Positions 61,209-64,000 of a stretch of DNA of 64,000 nucleotides are shown one piece after another. The stretch's first letter is position 1, and each line of letters begins with the position of its first letter. Origin of the DNA: Gammaproteobacteria bacterium (GTDB lineage Bacteria > Pseudomonadota > Gammaproteobacteria > UBA4575); the NCBI GenBank assembly GCA_965222615.1, contig CBDCUI010000007.1:224001-288000 (forward strand), in the 5' to 3' direction. The notes below the pieces were generated by a model that had not been told where the DNA came from, ran no database searches, and worked only from the letters and a program-made list of their open reading frames with translations. The position numbers were made by a program, and so were the translations under genes.

Positions 61209-61598
61209 TTAATTTTCATTATCAAGTATAGTTTTTACACGCTCAATAAAGTCTCTTTCTATAATTGGGCGTTCAACAAAATCTGTGGCTCCTGCTTGAA
61301 TTGCTTTGACTGCTGTGTTCACACTATTATTTCCATCTGCTAGAACTACTACAGGTGTTGAAAGGCCATGTTCACGCATTTGTTTAATCAAAGTAATACC
61401 ATCTGAGTCATCAATTTTAATTTCTGTAATTAAACACGCAGGCGCTTCTGAAATCGGTTCGTTTATAAAGTCCTGAGCATTTTTAAAAGTCTTAACTTCT
61501 GTCGGCAATTTACTCAATATCTCTACAAGTTGCTTACGTATATCATCATTGCTAACGATTAAATGAATTGGCTTATTTTTAGTTAACTTCCAAATCAT
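61209..61598 (-). CDS. Stand-alone receiver-domain protein (FixT-like) with degenerate active site
   Basis: Receiver fold (F.NAQDF, PACLITE, DG..L, AVKAIQAGATDF..RP); phospho-Asp replaced by Glu. Confidence 0.75.
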   Translation of the reverse strand: MIWKLTKNKPIHLIVSNDDIRKQLVEILSKLPTEVKTFKNAQDFINEPISEAPACLITEIKIDDSDGITLIKQMREHGLSTPVVVLADGNNSVNTAVKAIQAGATDFVERPIIERDFIERVKTILDNEN

Positions 61599-61788
61599 TG
61601 ATTTATTAAATTACTCCTTTAGACTCGTCAAGCGATGGAGCGGCCTTTAATGATGGTGACACGGTTCGAGGCACTGAGATAATGACCTCGATCAATTTTC
61701 AGATCACCAATTGGCTGCCAACCTCAAAATCATGTGAATAATGGCGCCTAAGAGCTGAACAAAAATATGATATGAGTTGTGGAGATTT

Positions 61789-62406
61789 TCAACTGTGAGC
61801 ACCCAGCATTATTTTGACTAGTTCAGCTACAGATTTTGCACCAAGTTTTTCCATAGCATGAGAGCGATGAATTTCTACTGTGCGATTGCTAATATCAAGC
61901 TCACGAGCAATAGTCTTATTTACTTTTCCCTCTAGCACTTTATCAACAACTTCACGCTCTCGTGTAGTTAATGAATTTACACGTTCTTGTAAAGTATGTT
62001 GAGCTTTAAGTTGTTTTCGATTTGAATTATCTTGCTCAAGTGCTTTTGTTATGCAATCTAATAGTTCTTGATCTCGAAATGGTTTCTGCAAAAACTCATG
62101 GGCACCATCTTTCATTGCTTGCACAGCCATAGTTATGTCACCATGGCCAGTCATGATTATTAATGGTTGAGTTACACCTAGTTCGTTTAATCTATGTTGC
62201 AACTCTATGCCACTCATGCCTGGCATACGCACATCTGCAAGCACACAGCCTGATTGCTTAGAATCAAATTCGTCTAGGAATTTACTTGCAGACTCAAATG
62301 CTTTAGCTTGCAACCCGATAGATTCAAGCAATTCAACTAAGCTGTCACGTACGTCTGCATCATCATCGACAATATATACAGTTTGTTGTTCTTCACTCAT
62401 GTTCAT
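61789..62406 (-). CDS. fixJ: FixJ-family response regulator
   Basis: VYIVDDD, ADVRMPGMSG, TGHGD..MAV.AMK.GA, LT.RE, NK.IA.EL.IS.RTVE.HR. Confidence 0.88.
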   Translation of the reverse strand: MNMSEEQQTVYIVDDDADVRDSLVELLESIGLQAKAFESASKFLDEFDSKQSGCVLADVRMPGMSGIELQHRLNELGVTQPLIIMTGHGDITMAVQAMKDGAHEFLQKPFRDQELLDCITKALEQDNSNRKQLKAQHTLQERVNSLTTREREVVDKVLEGKVNKTIARELDISNRTVEIHRSHAMEKLGAKSVAELVKIMLGAHS

Positions 62407-64000
62407 CTAATGCGGTAGGCAAAGTAAAATGAAATGTAGTACCCTTATCTGAATTACGTGTAAACCACAAGCGTCCACCATGTGTTTGTATAATAGAGTG
62501 GCAAATGGCTAGGCCCATACCCATACCTGTTTGCTTAGTCGTATAAAAAGGATTAAACAACTGTTCTGCAGCTTCATCGCTAATACCACAGCCATAATCT
62601 CTTATCGATACTTCTATTCGATTTTCATCAGCCAATAATGCAGAACTAATCATAATTTGCTTATACTTTTCAGTTTCATTTGCCGCGGCATCCATGGCAT
62701 TACGAATTAGATTTAAGATAACTTGTTGAATCTGAATAGAGTCCGCCATAGCACTAGGTAAGTTATTATCAAGTTGTAATTTTATTGTGAATTCAACTGC
62801 CTGCGTATCTGCTTGTGACATTTTTACGGCATCCTCTATTAGGTTATTAATATTAAAATAGTTATGCGGCTTAGTTTCACGCTTTACCATAGAACGCAGT
62901 CGAGAAATGACGCCCCCAGCTCGCAATGAAGCCTTAGATATCTTCTCCAGCAATTCTTGCAACTTTTGAAAATCTACTCCATCGGCACTAATCCTACGTT
63001 GTGCGGCCTGGGCATAGGAGTCAATTGCAGTGAGCGGTTGATTGATTTCATGAGCAATACCCGCAGCCATTTCACCCATCATGACCACACGATCCATATG
63101 CGCAAGTTGTTCTTGTTGGACTTTAGCCTTTTCTTCTGCTGCAATTTGTTCAGTAATATCTAAGACATGTGAAATTAGTAGCGCAGGCCGGCCATACTCA
63201 TCATGTGCTAAAGTAATATTCTCGTGCACCATCGCAACATTCAAAATAACATTGATAACTTTTTTATCTTTACGGATATAACGCTTATCTAAGCTATAGC
63301 CCGAAAAATCCCCTTTAAGAAGCTTATTTAAATATTTGCTACTGATTTCTATATCATCAGGATGAGTAATATCTTTATAAGACAATTGCAATAACTCTGG
63401 TTTCGAATACCCTAAAATATCACATAAGGATGGATTTACATTTGTATAATTTCCATCTAGATCTAACACAGCAATTCCTGTGGGTGCATTTTCAAAAATT
63501 AACTTGAATTCTTCTTTTCGTAAACGCAATGATTCTTCGGCTTTTTTTCGCTGTGTAATATCTAAAATTATTGCTACAAAAGCAGGCTTAGATTCATAGT
63601 TCGAAAGCTCAAGATGTACTTCAACAGGATAGTTACTGCCATCTTTACGTTTATGCTTGGTTGTAAATATTATTTTATCTTGTTCGCCTGTTCGCAAAGG
63701 ATGAATGAGTTCTTGGAATTCTTCTAATGAATATTCTGGCTTAATATCTAATGGTGTAAGCTTTATAATTTCATCTCCACTATATTGCAAATTTTCCAAT
63801 GCCCCCTTATTTACACGAACAAAACGTAAAGAATTTGCATCAAAAATATAAATTTCATTAAGTAAGTTCTCTAGAATATGCTCATAACTAGAAGCTTTTT
63901 CTAAATAGTTTTTTTCTAAAGTTAGATCACGAATAAATCCAGTAAAAAATCGTTGCCCACTTTCAAAAAATTCAGCCACAGAAACCCAAATCGGAAACAC
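62393..64000 (-). CDS. fixL: FixL-like multi-PAS sensor histidine kinase (5'-partial)
   Basis: FP..VSV.E......FFTGFIRDLT (end of a FixL-like PAS), two further PAS domains, GEMAAGIAHEINQPLTAI, QIQQVILNLIRNA, PFYTTK..GMGMGLAI. Confidence 0.75.
   Translation of the reverse strand: MFPIWVSVAEFFESGQRFFTGFIRDLTLEKNYLEKASSYEHILENLLNEIYIFDANSLRFVRVNKGALENLQYSGDEIIKLTPLDIKPEYSLEEFQELIHPLRTGEQDKIIFTTKHKRKDGSNYPVEVHLELSNYESKPAFVAIILDITQRKKAEESLRLRKEEFKLIFENAPTGIAVLDLDGNYTNVNPSLCDILGYSKPELLQLSYKDITHPDDIEISSKYLNKLLKGDFSGYSLDKRYIRKDKKVINVILNVAMVHENITLAHDEYGRPALLISHVLDITEQIAAEEKAKVQQEQLAHMDRVVMMGEMAAGIAHEINQPLTAIDSYAQAAQRRISADGVDFQKLQELLEKISKASLRAGGVISRLRSMVKRETKPHNYFNINNLIEDAVKMSQADTQAVEFTIKLQLDNNLPSAMADSIQIQQVILNLIRNAMDAAANETEKYKQIMISSALLADENRIEVSIRDYGCGISDEAAEQLFNPFYTTKQTGMGMGLAICHSIIQTHGGRLWFTRNSDKGTTFHFTLPTALDEHE

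Noticed and set aside
61630-61695. Fluoride-riboswitch-like words (GCGATGGAG...TAATGAC) on the + strand
   Set aside because: Pairing is incomplete and no + strand gene follows
63195-63245. Apparent short duplication in the last PAS domain of the kinase (NVAMVHE / NITLAHDE)
   Set aside because: DNA similarity is low; likely an ordinary loop insertion
1460-63281. Many short ORF-track entries antisense to or nested in recognised genes (e.g. 3492-3785, 9007-10882, 11537-11860, 22230-22562, 40882-41442, 52807-53127)
   Set aside because: Shadow ORFs overlapping well-supported genes, with no motifs or RBS
1-64000. rRNA, tRNA, integrase or prophage genes
   Set aside because: No recognisable sequence for any of these was seen

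Overview
AT-rich chromosomal window from a Gammaproteobacterium; gene order and content suggest a marine Chromatiales/Methylococcales/Thiotrichales-like lineage (inference, not verified). 0-32 kb is mostly conserved housekeeping: gshB-tonB-algH-ruvX-pyrRBC'-pyrK, pilT-pilU-pilU2, yggS-proC-yggT-metXW, an HU-like gene, hspQ, yrfG/cysQ, pqiAABC and ppsA/ppsR. It is interrupted by a small AT-rich islet (6.6-8.7 kb) and an intact IS30 beside a guaD relic. 37.5-64 kb is an oxygen-economy region. It holds a CoxMNOP-type A-family oxidase with a di-haem-c subunit II, followed by a PmoD/AmoD-like protein, a YtkA/FixH-like protein and a MauG/MbnH-type di-haem enzyme. It also holds a Yip1-led cbb3 oxidase operon, FNR, a truncated globin and FixLJ with a pseudo-receiver. 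The best candidate for an undescribed system is a four-gene operon divergent from fnr: two Cys-rich, degenerate GST-fold paralogues, a XylM/AlkB-type membrane di-iron monooxygenase and a small 2-TM protein, with no rubredoxin, ferredoxin or reductase in the window. The second candidate is the PmoD-like/YtkA/MauG-type copper module attached to a respiratory oxidase rather than to a copper monooxygenase. No rRNA, tRNA or CRISPR array was seen. All family assignments come from motif recognition by eye; no database searches were run.
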